DNA of 64,000 nt from Ruminococcaceae bacterium UBA3753. Its GTDB lineage: Bacteria > Bacillota > Clostridia > Oscillospirales > Acutalibacteraceae. Below the pieces are notes generated by a model. The model ran no database searches. It saw only the letters and a program-made list of their open reading frames with translations, and was not told the origin of the DNA. The translations under genes were made by a program, and so were the position numbers. Position 1 is the first letter of the stretch, and every line of letters starts with the position of its first letter. Of the stretch, positions 28,914 through 38,338 are shown in pieces. The DNA is taken from NCBI GenBank assembly GCA_002372375.1, contig DFGJ01000021.1:62394-126393 (forward strand), given 5' to 3'.

Positions 28914-29458
28914 AAATATTACCTTCTATCGTTTTGTTTCCACAATATTGATTATTCTCAAAACGAAGAGTTTTAATTCATATATTTTTTAGCAAAATAA
29001 AGTCAATATTCTACAACTTTTGTTAAATTAAGATATAGCTTGGGTTTAAAATACAAGTAACCTTACTCTTTTAGGAAGCCAAATCTTAGGTTTATATCTG
29101 AAGGAAATTCGCTAAGGGGATCAAATATTAAAGAGAGTACTTTGAATCTGGATTAAGAGGGAAAATAAATAATATTTTTATGAAGCTTTCGTAATAATAA
29201 CAAAATATGGTCGAAGTCATTTTTAAAATAAACTTCACAGCTTATGTAGTATTAAATGTTCCTGCTAAAGCGGTGTGTGCATATCGGATAAATTTATGAT
29301 TAATAAATAACTAACTAGATCTGTAGCTCTAATAATTCAAACAAATTTGTGCTATCAAGCCCATTTCGTGGCCAGTTTTTATATTTAAGTGTTGACATAA
29401 TGATTTATATATGCTAGCATGTTGTAGTTATATTTTTTGATGGTGTGGAGGGATGTTT

Positions 29459-29551
29459 ATGGTAGCTATTTTCGATGCTGGTGTTTTCTTAGGGGTATTG
29501 CGTCATCATCATTGCTTCCATAGACGTTGCCATTTCGCACTTGGAAGTTGA
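29459..29551 (+). CDS. speculative 30-codon His/Cys-rich small ORF (MVAIFDAGVFLGVLRHHHCFHRRCHFALGS)
   Basis: A GGAGGG RBS at 29447-29452 lies 6 nt before the ATG, and the stop is TGA at 29549. There is no other support. Confidence 0.2.
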   Translation: MVAIFDAGVFLGVLRHHHCFHRRCHFALGS

Positions 29552-29734
29552 TTTATTCTGATTTTTGAGTATTTTCCGTGGCCGTGGTTTCGTCTTATTC
29601 TGGGAAGCTTCTGCCGCGGTGTTTTTCTGGTATAAAAACAAGATTAACGCATGTATATTTTATTTTGAAGTTAAATACATTAGAACTGAGTCTGTGATAG
29701 GTTGTTTGCAGTTTTTAGAGCTTTTAGGTACGTT

Positions 29735-30320
29735 TAGAAGAAGCAAAGGTTGTGTTCTTTAAAAGGATTTGTTAAATAGGTTTTAGCCTTGACTTGTTAT
29801 AGCAGTAAAGAAACCGATTTATATTTTGGCGCGAATAATGATGTTTTCAATTAGATTCCTTCAGCTTTAATATCTAGTACTTATGAATTCAATACAAATG
29901 TACATCTAACGAATAACAAGGGGGGCGGACCGACTAAAAGAAGCAAAAGTTGTACTCCTTAAAAAGGTTTGTTAAATAGGTTTTAGCCTTGACTTGTTAT
30001 AGCAGTACAAGATCCGATTTATTTTTGGCGCGAATAATGGTGTTTTCAATTAGATTCCTTCAGCTTTAATATCTAGTATTTATGAATTCAATACAAATGT
30101 ACATCTAACGAATGACAATTGGCAGATCGACTAAAAGAAGCAAAAGTTGTACTCCTTAAAAGGGTTTGTTAAATAGGTTTTAGCTTTGACTTGTTATAGC
30201 AGCAAAAAAGCTGATTTGTGTTTTGGTGTAAATAGTGACGGGCTTTTGTTTGGATTTCTTCCGCTTTAATATCTAGTATTTAAATATACGTCTAACGAAT
30301 AACGAGGGGACGGATCGACT
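29735..30320 (+). repeat. tandem array, ~197 bp x 3, upstream of the ABC transporter gene
   Basis: The unit-start motif ctaaaagaagcaaaagttgt is at 29934 and 30131, with a diverged form at 29735. The internal block ggttttagccttgacttgttatagcag recurs in each unit. Confidence 0.9.
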
Positions 30321-30453
30321 TTGGGCTAGATTCTGTGTCTTTCAACAATAGAGTTTTGTAAAAAAATGAATTAGTAATCTTTTGAGGTAACTTTTTTAGA
30401 ACTGTAAGAAAAGGAGATAGTTTTTTTTACGATTAAAAAGAGTGGGGTAGATT

Positions 30454-31917
30454 ATGAAGAATGTTGTTATAATTTTAATATCTTTGTTGTTTATGAATTT
30501 TAATAATAATAATGTTTGTTTAGCAAAAAATAAAGAAACAATAATTATCGGTTTAGATGCCGATTTTCCTCCAATGGGGTTTTACAACGAAAAAAATGAG
30601 ATAGTTGGGTTTGATATTGATCTTGCAAAAGCTGTTGGTAAAGAAATGGGATTTAAAATAGAAGCTCAGCCCATAAATTGGGATGCAAAAGAAATGGAAT
30701 TAAAAACAGGGAAAATAGATGCTATTTGGAATGGGTTAACCTACTCTGAAGAGCGAAATGCAAACATGTTATTAACGAAGCCATATATGAAGACCAAACC
30801 TGTTGTCGTGACAAAAAATGACGCCAATATAAACAAAATAGAAGACCTAGAGGGCAAAACAGTATGTTTGCAAAAAGGCGCGTTAGCGCAAGCATCTTTG
30901 ATTTCGAGCGAAGTTTGTAAAAACGCGAAAGATATCTTCTACCTAGAAACCATGCTGGATTGCCTTAACGAAGTAAAGCTTGGTAAAGTAGAGGCAGCGG
31001 TCGTGGATGAAGTAATTGCCAGATATTATTTAAATATAAATAGCAAAGAAAACTGCTTCAAGATTCTGGAAAAGAATATTCCTGCAGAAGATTATGTTAT
31101 AGCCGTCGCAAGAGGTAATGAAAAACTTAAAAATACTATAGAAGAAGGTTTAAATAAAATAGTAAAGTCCGGTGAGGCTGCTAGGATATCTGAGAAATGG
31201 TTTGGAAAAAATTTAGTCTGCTTTAATGAAGAAGATCAGTCAGCAAAAAAGATCACTGCAGAATCAACTAAAGAAAATAGTGACGTATTTAATGGAATTT
31301 TTAGTGGATTATTAGTAACTTTAAAGTTATTCTTCGCTTGTGTTCTTTTTTCCATACCTCTTGGATTACTGATTTGCTTAATAAGAAGACGCAATATAAA
31401 AATTTTAAACGCTATTATTGATCTTTATACTCTAGTAATTAGAGGCACTCCACTTCTTTTACAAATATTTTTTATATTTTATGGTTTGCCCCTGCTATTG
31501 CCAGCTATGAAAATAAGTAATCGATTTTTAGCAGGATCGGTGGCATTTATTATAAATTACACAGCTTACTTTAGTGAAGTATTCAGAGGCGGAATTAATA
31601 GCATACCGATTGGGCAATGGGAAGCAATAAAAGTACTTAGAATCCCTAAATTTAAAGCCATAGAGAAAATAATAGTTCCACAAAGTTTAAAAGCATGTTT
31701 GCCGTCTATATGTAATGAGGTCATAACTTTAGTAAAAGATACAGCACTTATTTTTACAATTGGCATTGTCGACCTTCTGAGTGCAACAAAAAATGCCGTG
31801 AATATAAGTGCTAATGTCTCTATTTATGGAGTAACAGCTGCAATTTATTTATTTATGTGCTGCATATTAAATATCATATTTAAGTTATTAGAAAAAAGAT
31901 TTAACTATAAAAGCTGA
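30454..31917 (+). CDS. amino-acid ABC transporter, fused substrate-binding protein and permease
   Basis: The N-terminal half is SBP family 3-like (IIIGLDADFPPMGF..., GFDIDLAKAVGKEMG, IDAIWNGLT). The C-terminal half is a polar amino-acid permease (...TPLLLQIFFIFYGLP..., EAIKVLR). Confidence 0.85.
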   Translation: MKNVVIILISLLFMNFNNNNVCLAKNKETIIIGLDADFPPMGFYNEKNEIVGFDIDLAKAVGKEMGFKIEAQPINWDAKEMELKTGKIDAIWNGLTYSEERNANMLLTKPYMKTKPVVVTKNDANINKIEDLEGKTVCLQKGALAQASLISSEVCKNAKDIFYLETMLDCLNEVKLGKVEAAVVDEVIARYYLNINSKENCFKILEKNIPAEDYVIAVARGNEKLKNTIEEGLNKIVKSGEAARISEKWFGKNLVCFNEEDQSAKKITAESTKENSDVFNGIFSGLLVTLKLFFACVLFSIPLGLLICLIRRRNIKILNAIIDLYTLVIRGTPLLLQIFFIFYGLPLLLPAMKISNRFLAGSVAFIINYTAYFSEVFRGGINSIPIGQWEAIKVLRIPKFKAIEKIIVPQSLKACLPSICNEVITLVKDTALIFTIGIVDLLSATKNAVNISANVSIYGVTAAIYLFMCCILNIIFKLLEKRFNYKS

Positions 31918-32123
31918 AGCGATAGAGATACCGCCATTTTGTTTTCACATCGTTTTTCTGAAGTGCAAGGAATCTACAGTAAGATGTTCATATTAGCAAG
32001 AGTGTCGTCGTAGAGTATGAATTAATAGGGAGCATCATCGTGCAAAGATTATTAAGTAAGGGGCAAGTTATGTCAAAAGTAAGAAAATTAAATGTAAAAA
32101 ATTTAGATCCATTAAAAAGATAG
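31918..32123 (+). pseudogene. possible relic of the C-terminal end of an ABC ATPase
   Basis: Directly after the permease stop the frame reads SDRDTAILFSHRFSEVQGIYSKMFILARVSS-stop. With a one-base shift it reads VVVEYELIGSIIVQRLLSKG... This resembles the ...ILFSSH.(L/M)SEV...DR..IL..G.IV..G end of ABC ATPases. Judged by eye only. Confidence 0.25.
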
Positions 32124-32194
32124 AAACATGGCACTTACAAAACATTTTTTAATAAAAAATCTTTAATTATAAATATAAAGGATACAAAGCAGAT

Positions 32195-32824
32195 ATGAAC
32201 ATTATTGAAGTTAAGAATCTAAGTAAACAATTTTTAAATAAGAACATATTTCGCGACTTTAATTTTAGTGCTAAAAAAGGTGAAATAACTGCAATAGTAG
32301 GGCCGTCAGGGCAAGGAAAATCAACGTTTCTGCGAATCTTGGTTGGTCTTGAAAAGGCAGATAACGGCACCATACAGATAAATGGCAAGAATTTATTGAA
32401 GGATGGCGTGTACAACAATGATCGAAAAGAAATTAGTGATATTTTTAAAGACATTTCTATGGTCTTTCAAGAACACAATCTGTTTTTTAATTTAACGGTC
32501 ATTGACAATCTAAAAATAGTAAAGGAAGATATGAGAAAAATAAACAATTTACTAGAGGATTTCGGCCTTGCAGGCAAGGAAAACTTGTTTCCAGCAGAAC
32601 TTTCTGGTGGACAAAAGCAAAGGCTTTCTATAATTCGTTCATTGCTACTGGATCCAAAAATTATATTATTTGACGAACCCACATCTTCTTTGGACAGTGA
32701 AAATCGTGTAAAAATTGCAAATATTTTAAATAAGTTAAAAGAAGACTCTTACACAGTGGTTGTCGTCACTCACGACGAAAGGCTACTGAATTTGGTTGAC
32801 CCAATTATATATCGCATAAAATAA
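32195..32824 (+). CDS. amino-acid ABC transporter ATP-binding protein (short, 209 aa)
   Basis: Walker A GPSGQGKST, signature LSGGQKQRLSI, Walker B ILFDEPTSSLD, and H-loop VTHDE. It is about 30 aa shorter at the C-terminus than typical GlnQ-type proteins. Confidence 0.85.
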   Translation: MNIIEVKNLSKQFLNKNIFRDFNFSAKKGEITAIVGPSGQGKSTFLRILVGLEKADNGTIQINGKNLLKDGVYNNDRKEISDIFKDISMVFQEHNLFFNLTVIDNLKIVKEDMRKINNLLEDFGLAGKENLFPAELSGGQKQRLSIIRSLLLDPKIILFDEPTSSLDSENRVKIANILNKLKEDSYTVVVVTHDERLLNLVDPIIYRIK

Positions 32825-33499
32825 GAGATAAATTAACGGCTTTAAATCGTCATTTTCCCAGGCATATCACTGTGGCAGTATTAAAAAGATAAGTCACAGC
32901 ATCCTGGACTTTAATTCCAAAAAAGCTTACAAAAAACGATACTATTTTTGAACTATCCTCTTTGAATCTTATAGCACTTCAACTTTTAATATTTAGCAAT
33001 TTTAAACGCTACGTTCGCCGTTTTATCTGTAGTACCTAGCCGTACTCGCTTTACTAATTACAGTCCTTGACGGTTGAATTTTCTCGAATTTTTCTTGAAC
33101 AACTTCAAGATGTTCTTTAGATAGTCTATATCTTCAAATTCTTTGTAACCGACATAGTGGATACCGGCCTCATTTATACAGGTAACAAATCCGAATGTCA
33201 CACAGGCTAATCACATAGGAACAGAAAGGAGCGAAGTCATGTAGAGTAAAGTAGGACAAACGCGATACAGTAAAAATTACCTTAAGCAAAACAGCACAAA
33301 CAGCCAAACATGGTAACCACGGACTAAATCCGTCGATTATTTAAGGCTCAGCAACTATTGAAGTGTTACCAAAAAAAGACATCAAACACTCGAAGCGATG
33401 CTCACCTCAAAGCTTCAAAAAATCAAAAAACCAACGGACACTTGTAATCAAATACTAAAATGCCTTTCCACCCAAATGCTCGTATCGCGGCTTTACCTA

Positions 33500-34537
33500 C
33501 TAAACAACACGTGCCCTCTCCTTTCTTACTTTGCTTACCTTTATGCTTCCCACTTCTAGCCTTTTGCCAGTACCTACGGCTACACAATCTAAAGGATTTT
33601 TTGCTATAGTAACATTTATACCAGTATTCTCATTAATTAGACGATCCAAACCAGGGAGGAGTGCACCGCCTCCGCTTAAGGTTATACCACTGTTTATTAT
33701 ATCTCCGGCAAGCTCCGGTGGAGTTAGCTCCAGAGCAGAGCGTATGGCATCTATTATGGTTTCCAAACTGTCTTTCAGGGCGCCCCTAACCTCACCAGAG
33801 TAAATATCTATGCTTTTGGGCAAGCCATCTAACATATTACGTCCTTTTATAGTTATACTCTTTTCTTCGTCTCCTAAATCGTAAGCTGAACCGATCGTCA
33901 TCTTAATGTTTTCTGCCGTTTTTTCACCTACCAACAAGCTGTATTTACGTTTTATATAACTGGCTATAGCTTCATCAAATTTATTTCCTGCTACTTTCAC
34001 AGAACAAGAAGTCACTATGTCTCCCAAAGATATAACAGCTATTTCAGATGTTCCACCACCAATATCTACTATTATGCTTCCAACAGGCTCGGCCACCGGG
34101 AGCCCAGCACCCAAAGCAGCCGCCATAGGTTCGCACATAAGCTCAACGTCCCTCGCACCGGCTTGCCTAGCAGCATCTTCAACAGCCCTCTTTTCAACTT
34201 CTGTAACTCCAGACGGCACGCATATAACAATCTTTGGTCTCCAGCCAAAAAAACCTATCCTGACTATTTTTTTTACAAAATACTTCAACATAGCCGCCGT
34301 CACTTCAAAGTTAGCTATAACACCGTCCCTGAGGGGTCTTACAGCGACTATTGAACCAGGAGTCTTACCTATCATCTTTTTTGCCTCAGACCCAACCGCT
34401 ATAACAGCATCCTTGCTTACATCAACAGCAACGACCGAAGGTTCCCTTAAAACTATTCCTTTGTTTCTTAAATATACCAAGGTATTTGCTGTGCCAAGAT
34501 CTATACCGACATCTTTCGTTTTAAACAATTTAACCAA
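33500..34537 (-). CDS. mreB: rod shape-determining protein MreB/Mbl family
   Basis: GIDLGTANTLVY, REPSVVA, RPLRDGVIA, DIGGGTSE, and GGGALL.GLD..I. No mreC or mreD lies downstream. Confidence 0.9.
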   Translation of the reverse strand: MVKLFKTKDVGIDLGTANTLVYLRNKGIVLREPSVVAVDVSKDAVIAVGSEAKKMIGKTPGSIVAVRPLRDGVIANFEVTAAMLKYFVKKIVRIGFFGWRPKIVICVPSGVTEVEKRAVEDAARQAGARDVELMCEPMAAALGAGLPVAEPVGSIIVDIGGGTSEIAVISLGDIVTSCSVKVAGNKFDEAIASYIKRKYSLLVGEKTAENIKMTIGSAYDLGDEEKSITIKGRNMLDGLPKSIDIYSGEVRGALKDSLETIIDAIRSALELTPPELAGDIINSGITLSGGGALLPGLDRLINENTGINVTIAKNPLDCVAVGTGKRLEVGSIKVSKVRKERARVV

Positions 34538-34962
34538 CTGAGTTCCTTCCTTACTGTCACAAACATTTTATTCTGAGGCAACAATACCAGGGAGAGTATA
34601 GCACAACAATCGAAACTGTGTAAATATATATTGTTGCTTTTCGAAAACATTAAATCCAAGATGACTAAAAAGCACAAGGCAAAAAAGTATTTACTTTAAA
34701 ACCTAAAAAATTAAACGGTCGCCGCAAAGTAAGCTTAAGTGGACAGGGAAGTAATTTAGATTTAACGCTTCTAACTCTTTACTATGATTTAGATCTAACA
34801 ACTCACTCAAGTTTTATCTATAAAGCTGTTTTTACTTCTGCTAGCACTGTGACGAGATTTCTTAAATTTATTGAAGAAATGATCAGTAACCTGCTTAACA
34901 GCCAAAACAGCTGCAGTAGCCCAGCCGGTTACCAGTACTACTATGCTCTTCCGGTTGCTTTC

Positions 34963-35568
34963 TCATTTTGGAATACAGTTACTCTTTGGAATGAAGTGTT
35001 TCTTAAATTCTGGATTATCAGCCAGATGCTTTTTAAAACCTGTAGCCGCGGGTAGTTCTATATGATCCTGGCGTAACAGCTTTTCAACAAAATCTGCAAC
35101 CTCTTTCTCTGCTTTGTCCATCATAGAAATCAGAGAGCCGGTACTCACATCAGGCTTATTTAATCTTTTAAATAAGTTAATAAACTCTTGCGTATTATCG
35201 TCAGGGTCATCAAAAGTATTTACACCAAAAAATCCCAACTGGTTTAAAGTAGAGTAAAACTCTGGAAATGTCCTCTTCTGTTTAGGGCAAAAAGTACGTC
35301 GCAAAAAAGCCAACTCTTCTTCAGTGAAGACAGCACTCTCTGAATCGAGCTTTTTCTTTAATACTTTCCCACAAAGCTTACCAGCAAAACTTTTGTTTCC
35401 TTTTTTTATTTTTTTCAAATCTTCTTTTAATACAGAAGTTAGTAGCCTGTCGCCATTAGAAATATGGTCAAAAATATAGTCAGAGTCAAGCTGATACCGT
35501 ACGTTACGAAGCAAATCAGAATCATCACTTTTAAATATATCGAATTCCGATGTGAAATAAATTAGCAA
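34963..35568 (-). CDS. hypothetical protein, possibly the C-terminal part of a frameshifted gene
   Basis: 201 codons with a TTG start inside a T6 run. It overlaps the stop of the upstream ORF by 7 nt in the -1 frame, and its frame opens only 3 codons upstream of that start. Confidence 0.4.
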   Translation of the reverse strand: MLIYFTSEFDIFKSDDSDLLRNVRYQLDSDYIFDHISNGDRLLTSVLKEDLKKIKKGNKSFAGKLCGKVLKKKLDSESAVFTEEELAFLRRTFCPKQKRTFPEFYSTLNQLGFFGVNTFDDPDDNTQEFINLFKRLNKPDVSTGSLISMMDKAEKEVADFVEKLLRQDHIELPAATGFKKHLADNPEFKKHFIPKSNCIPK

Positions 35569-35960
35569 AAAAGCGCCTCATTAGCGCTTACGTGGTAATT
35601 AGCATATCCCAACTTTTTCTTAGCGAATTCACTCAAGTATTTATCTAACTCTTTTAGGTAAGAAAAATCCTTAATGCTTCCACCCTTGGATTCAACATAA
35701 GAACCTCTAAAGTAAATTCTAGGCTTTTTTTCGCCATCCATCAATCTACAAACAAACGCTGGAGCTTCGATTTTAACTTCTGAACCACTCAAATAAAAAT
35801 TTCCCACCTTGTCGCAAGGTTCGTCGAGACAGTATCTTTCATCTTCCAGCCGAATGTCTTCAAACTTAGGATACTTACCGTCCTCGGCCTGCACAACTGA
35901 ACTTGCAGCGAGGCTTCCAAACACTCCAAGACAACAAGTGGACGACAAAAACTTTTTCAC
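35562..35960 (-). CDS. hypothetical secreted protein
   Basis: GTG start with a GAGG RBS. The signal peptide MKKFLSSTCCLGVFGSLAASSVVQA resembles those of ORFs 55481..56287 and 56504..57292. Confidence 0.5.
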   Translation of the reverse strand: MKKFLSSTCCLGVFGSLAASSVVQAEDGKYPKFEDIRLEDERYCLDEPCDKVGNFYLSGSEVKIEAPAFVCRLMDGEKKPRIYFRGSYVESKGGSIKDFSYLKELDKYLSEFAKKKLGYANYHVSANEALFC

Positions 35961-36352
35961 AAAACAACCTCAGATCACTTTAGAGCTGAGATTGTTATAC
36001 AGTATTGCAAAAAATTATGCAAGCTTAACTCAACCAAGCCAAATGTATTTAGCTGAACGTGTATTTTGTGGAGTTAGAAGAGCAGCATTTATTAGTCTTA
36101 TTTTCATTAAGTGTAGTTACTTTTTATATATATAACTAAATTTGTAAAATTTTAAACAAAAGTATTGATTGTTTTTTCTATCTTTTAGTCTGAGACCTCA
36201 CTCGGCTATTACATATGCGCTACTTTTTTGTAGATTGCATTTTATTATAATTTTAGTGAAATCTTTTGAAACAGGTCTTTTATTTTGTTGTTGCAACTTA
36301 GTTAAGGATATTTTAAAATATAGATAATACTTTTGGATAGTGGTACATAGAG

Positions 36353-37414
36353 ATGGATATTTTAAAAAGAGTTTTTGGATTGTTTTTAATTTTTCTTATA
36401 GCTTTCGTTTTTTCTGCGTGCAAAAGCAAAGTTGATACATCTTGGTTAATTAAGTACGACGGTAAGGTTATGCCGATTGGGATTTTTAAGTATTACCTGA
36501 AGGAATCATACAATAAAGCTGTAGATATTTTGACGGCAGCGGGGGCTTACTCTCAGGAAAGCACAAATGACAGTATAGCAGGTAAAAGTTTCGACTCCTG
36601 GATTAGGGATGATGCCGTAAATTCATGCAAGGATCTGATTGCCTTGGAGTCGCTATTCAATAGTGAGGGGCTATCCTTCAATGAGATGGAAAACAGTGAA
36701 ATGAAAGCGAATGCAGAAAATATTCTAGCAACTATATCGCAAAATTTAGAAAAAAATTATTTAAGCTTAGAAGATGTGAAGAGGGCGTATTCTGAGTGTA
36801 AAGCAATGTACAAAAAACTTTTTGATCACTACTATAAAAAAGGTGGTTCAAAATTTGTAACAGATGATGCCTTACTTGAATACTATAAGCAGAATTATGT
36901 TTCTTATTCCATGGTGACAGTTTATCCGTTCGTGTTTTCAGAATCTTCCGGTGTTGAAAGTGGTAGTAATATTAGTTTGGACCAACTGAATAAGACAAAA
37001 TCTATTGCAGAGGACTATGTTAATCAAATCAATGCTGGTGAGAAGACACTTTCCGATGTTTCTAATACCATCAACGAAAGGAGCGGAAAAGAGTTGGGGC
37101 CCCCTAATGTCGAAACTGTAAACCTCGATAGTGCTAATGTCCCAGAGAACATTTTAATTAAGTTGAAAGCACTAGATGTAGGAAAAGCTGACTATGTGCA
37201 GGTAGATGATTTTTTTGTAATTTTGTATAAGCTGAACATTAACGACAGTTTGCCTGATCTTGGTAAGGAAGATGTAAGAGACGATGTACTGAACTGTATG
37301 AAGCAGAATGAGTTTTACGATATTTTGGCAGAGACGAAAAGAAATATTAGATTTGAAGTAAATGCAGAGTTTTTAAATAGCTTCGTTCCCAAAAATATTT
37401 TTAAAGATTCTTAG
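36353..37414 (+). CDS. putative lipoprotein; a PrsA/SurA-N-like chaperone fold is suspected only
   Basis: Signal peptide ending in the lipobox-like FVFSAC. The rest is hydrophilic and helical. I could find no rotamase motif. Confidence 0.55.
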   Translation: MDILKRVFGLFLIFLIAFVFSACKSKVDTSWLIKYDGKVMPIGIFKYYLKESYNKAVDILTAAGAYSQESTNDSIAGKSFDSWIRDDAVNSCKDLIALESLFNSEGLSFNEMENSEMKANAENILATISQNLEKNYLSLEDVKRAYSECKAMYKKLFDHYYKKGGSKFVTDDALLEYYKQNYVSYSMVTVYPFVFSESSGVESGSNISLDQLNKTKSIAEDYVNQINAGEKTLSDVSNTINERSGKELGPPNVETVNLDSANVPENILIKLKALDVGKADYVQVDDFFVILYKLNINDSLPDLGKEDVRDDVLNCMKQNEFYDILAETKRNIRFEVNAEFLNSFVPKNIFKDS

Positions 37415-38338
37415 ATTTGAGTGATAATGCACTAAAATGCAGAAATTCTGGTTAGCTTGTTTGTAGCTTTAGTGGCCACGCATGATAGTGGCGGGACTTA
37501 AAACGTTTTGGCTACATTGCTGATTTACTTATTTTTGGGGTTGTCCATAGATGTTCCAGGTTGAGATATATTTTTGGGGCACGTTTTTTGAATTATTCTC
37601 TTAAAGCATAACTATATAGTGGAACATTGAATTTTGCTACCCTTTGGCTGTAGTATTTTATTAATAATATATACTGTGCCTGAATTTAGCGCCTTTGTAT
37701 GTTAATTTTTGTAGTTATACTTATGTTATTTGTTGTATTTCGTTAAAAAAATTTATATAGAACTTTTCTTAAAGAGCATACATGCTACAAATTTTTTAAT
37801 ATATTATCAAAATATAATACCATGTTTATATTACAATATACTTCTCGAGAGTCCCTCTGTTTTTCACTTTCTCAACTCTGCGAAACGAGTTTTTAAATCA
37901 ATTTTTACTATCTTATAAGATCTTACTTTTGAGCAAAACTGTATTAAATTGTTCTGGTTTTATTTTTATATATTTAATTCTAATATAAATTGTTAATGTG
38001 ATTATTTTTAAGCATTTTAGGGAAAATATATATATCATTTTTATGGTAAAGATGTACTTGGTTTGATGTTTTAGGTTAGGATTTTTTATGAATATTTTCA
38101 GTACTTCAGTTTCGACATTATAACGAATGTTTGGGATTTTTAACATCGCTGATATAAACAATAACGACTTAATTATATGGAAATAAAGGATGATTTTATA
38201 TTTAAAATTGATTTATTTTATATTAATGGTTATAATGCAGTGCGATGTTTTATGTAGAAAGCTGGAGAATTATTTTCTATATAGTTTTTTTCTATCAGCA
38301 AATTTAAAGTGTAATGGCTAAGAAAGGATTGGTTTTTT

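Noticed and set aside
29393-29421. A sigma-A-like promoter, TTGACA-17 nt-TAGCAT, upstream of the small His/Cys ORF.
   Set aside because: The -10 element matches only 4 of 6 positions, and many such matches occur by chance in AT-rich spacers.
33058-33200. A minus-strand 47-codon frame, VTFGFVTCINEAGIHYVGYKEFEDIDYLKNILKLFKKNSRKFNRQGL, that looks protein-like.
   Set aside because: It has no RBS and no recognisable family, and it is preceded by an in-frame TGA. It may be another gene relic, but I cannot support a call.
33531-34541. Long antisense ORFs within strong genes. Examples: 33531..33803, 34017..34541 and 34163..34354 in mreB. 23183..23653 and 23657..23944 in the GH3 gene. 22290..22613 in tuf. 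52042..52521 opposite ytfJ. 53244..53735 in the SDR gene. 9454..9900 in dnaX. 18624..19091 in spoIIE. 46707..47563 in prkC.
   Set aside because: They are shadow frames of confidently identified genes on the other strand. Their composition is Ser/Pro/Leu-rich and they have no start context.
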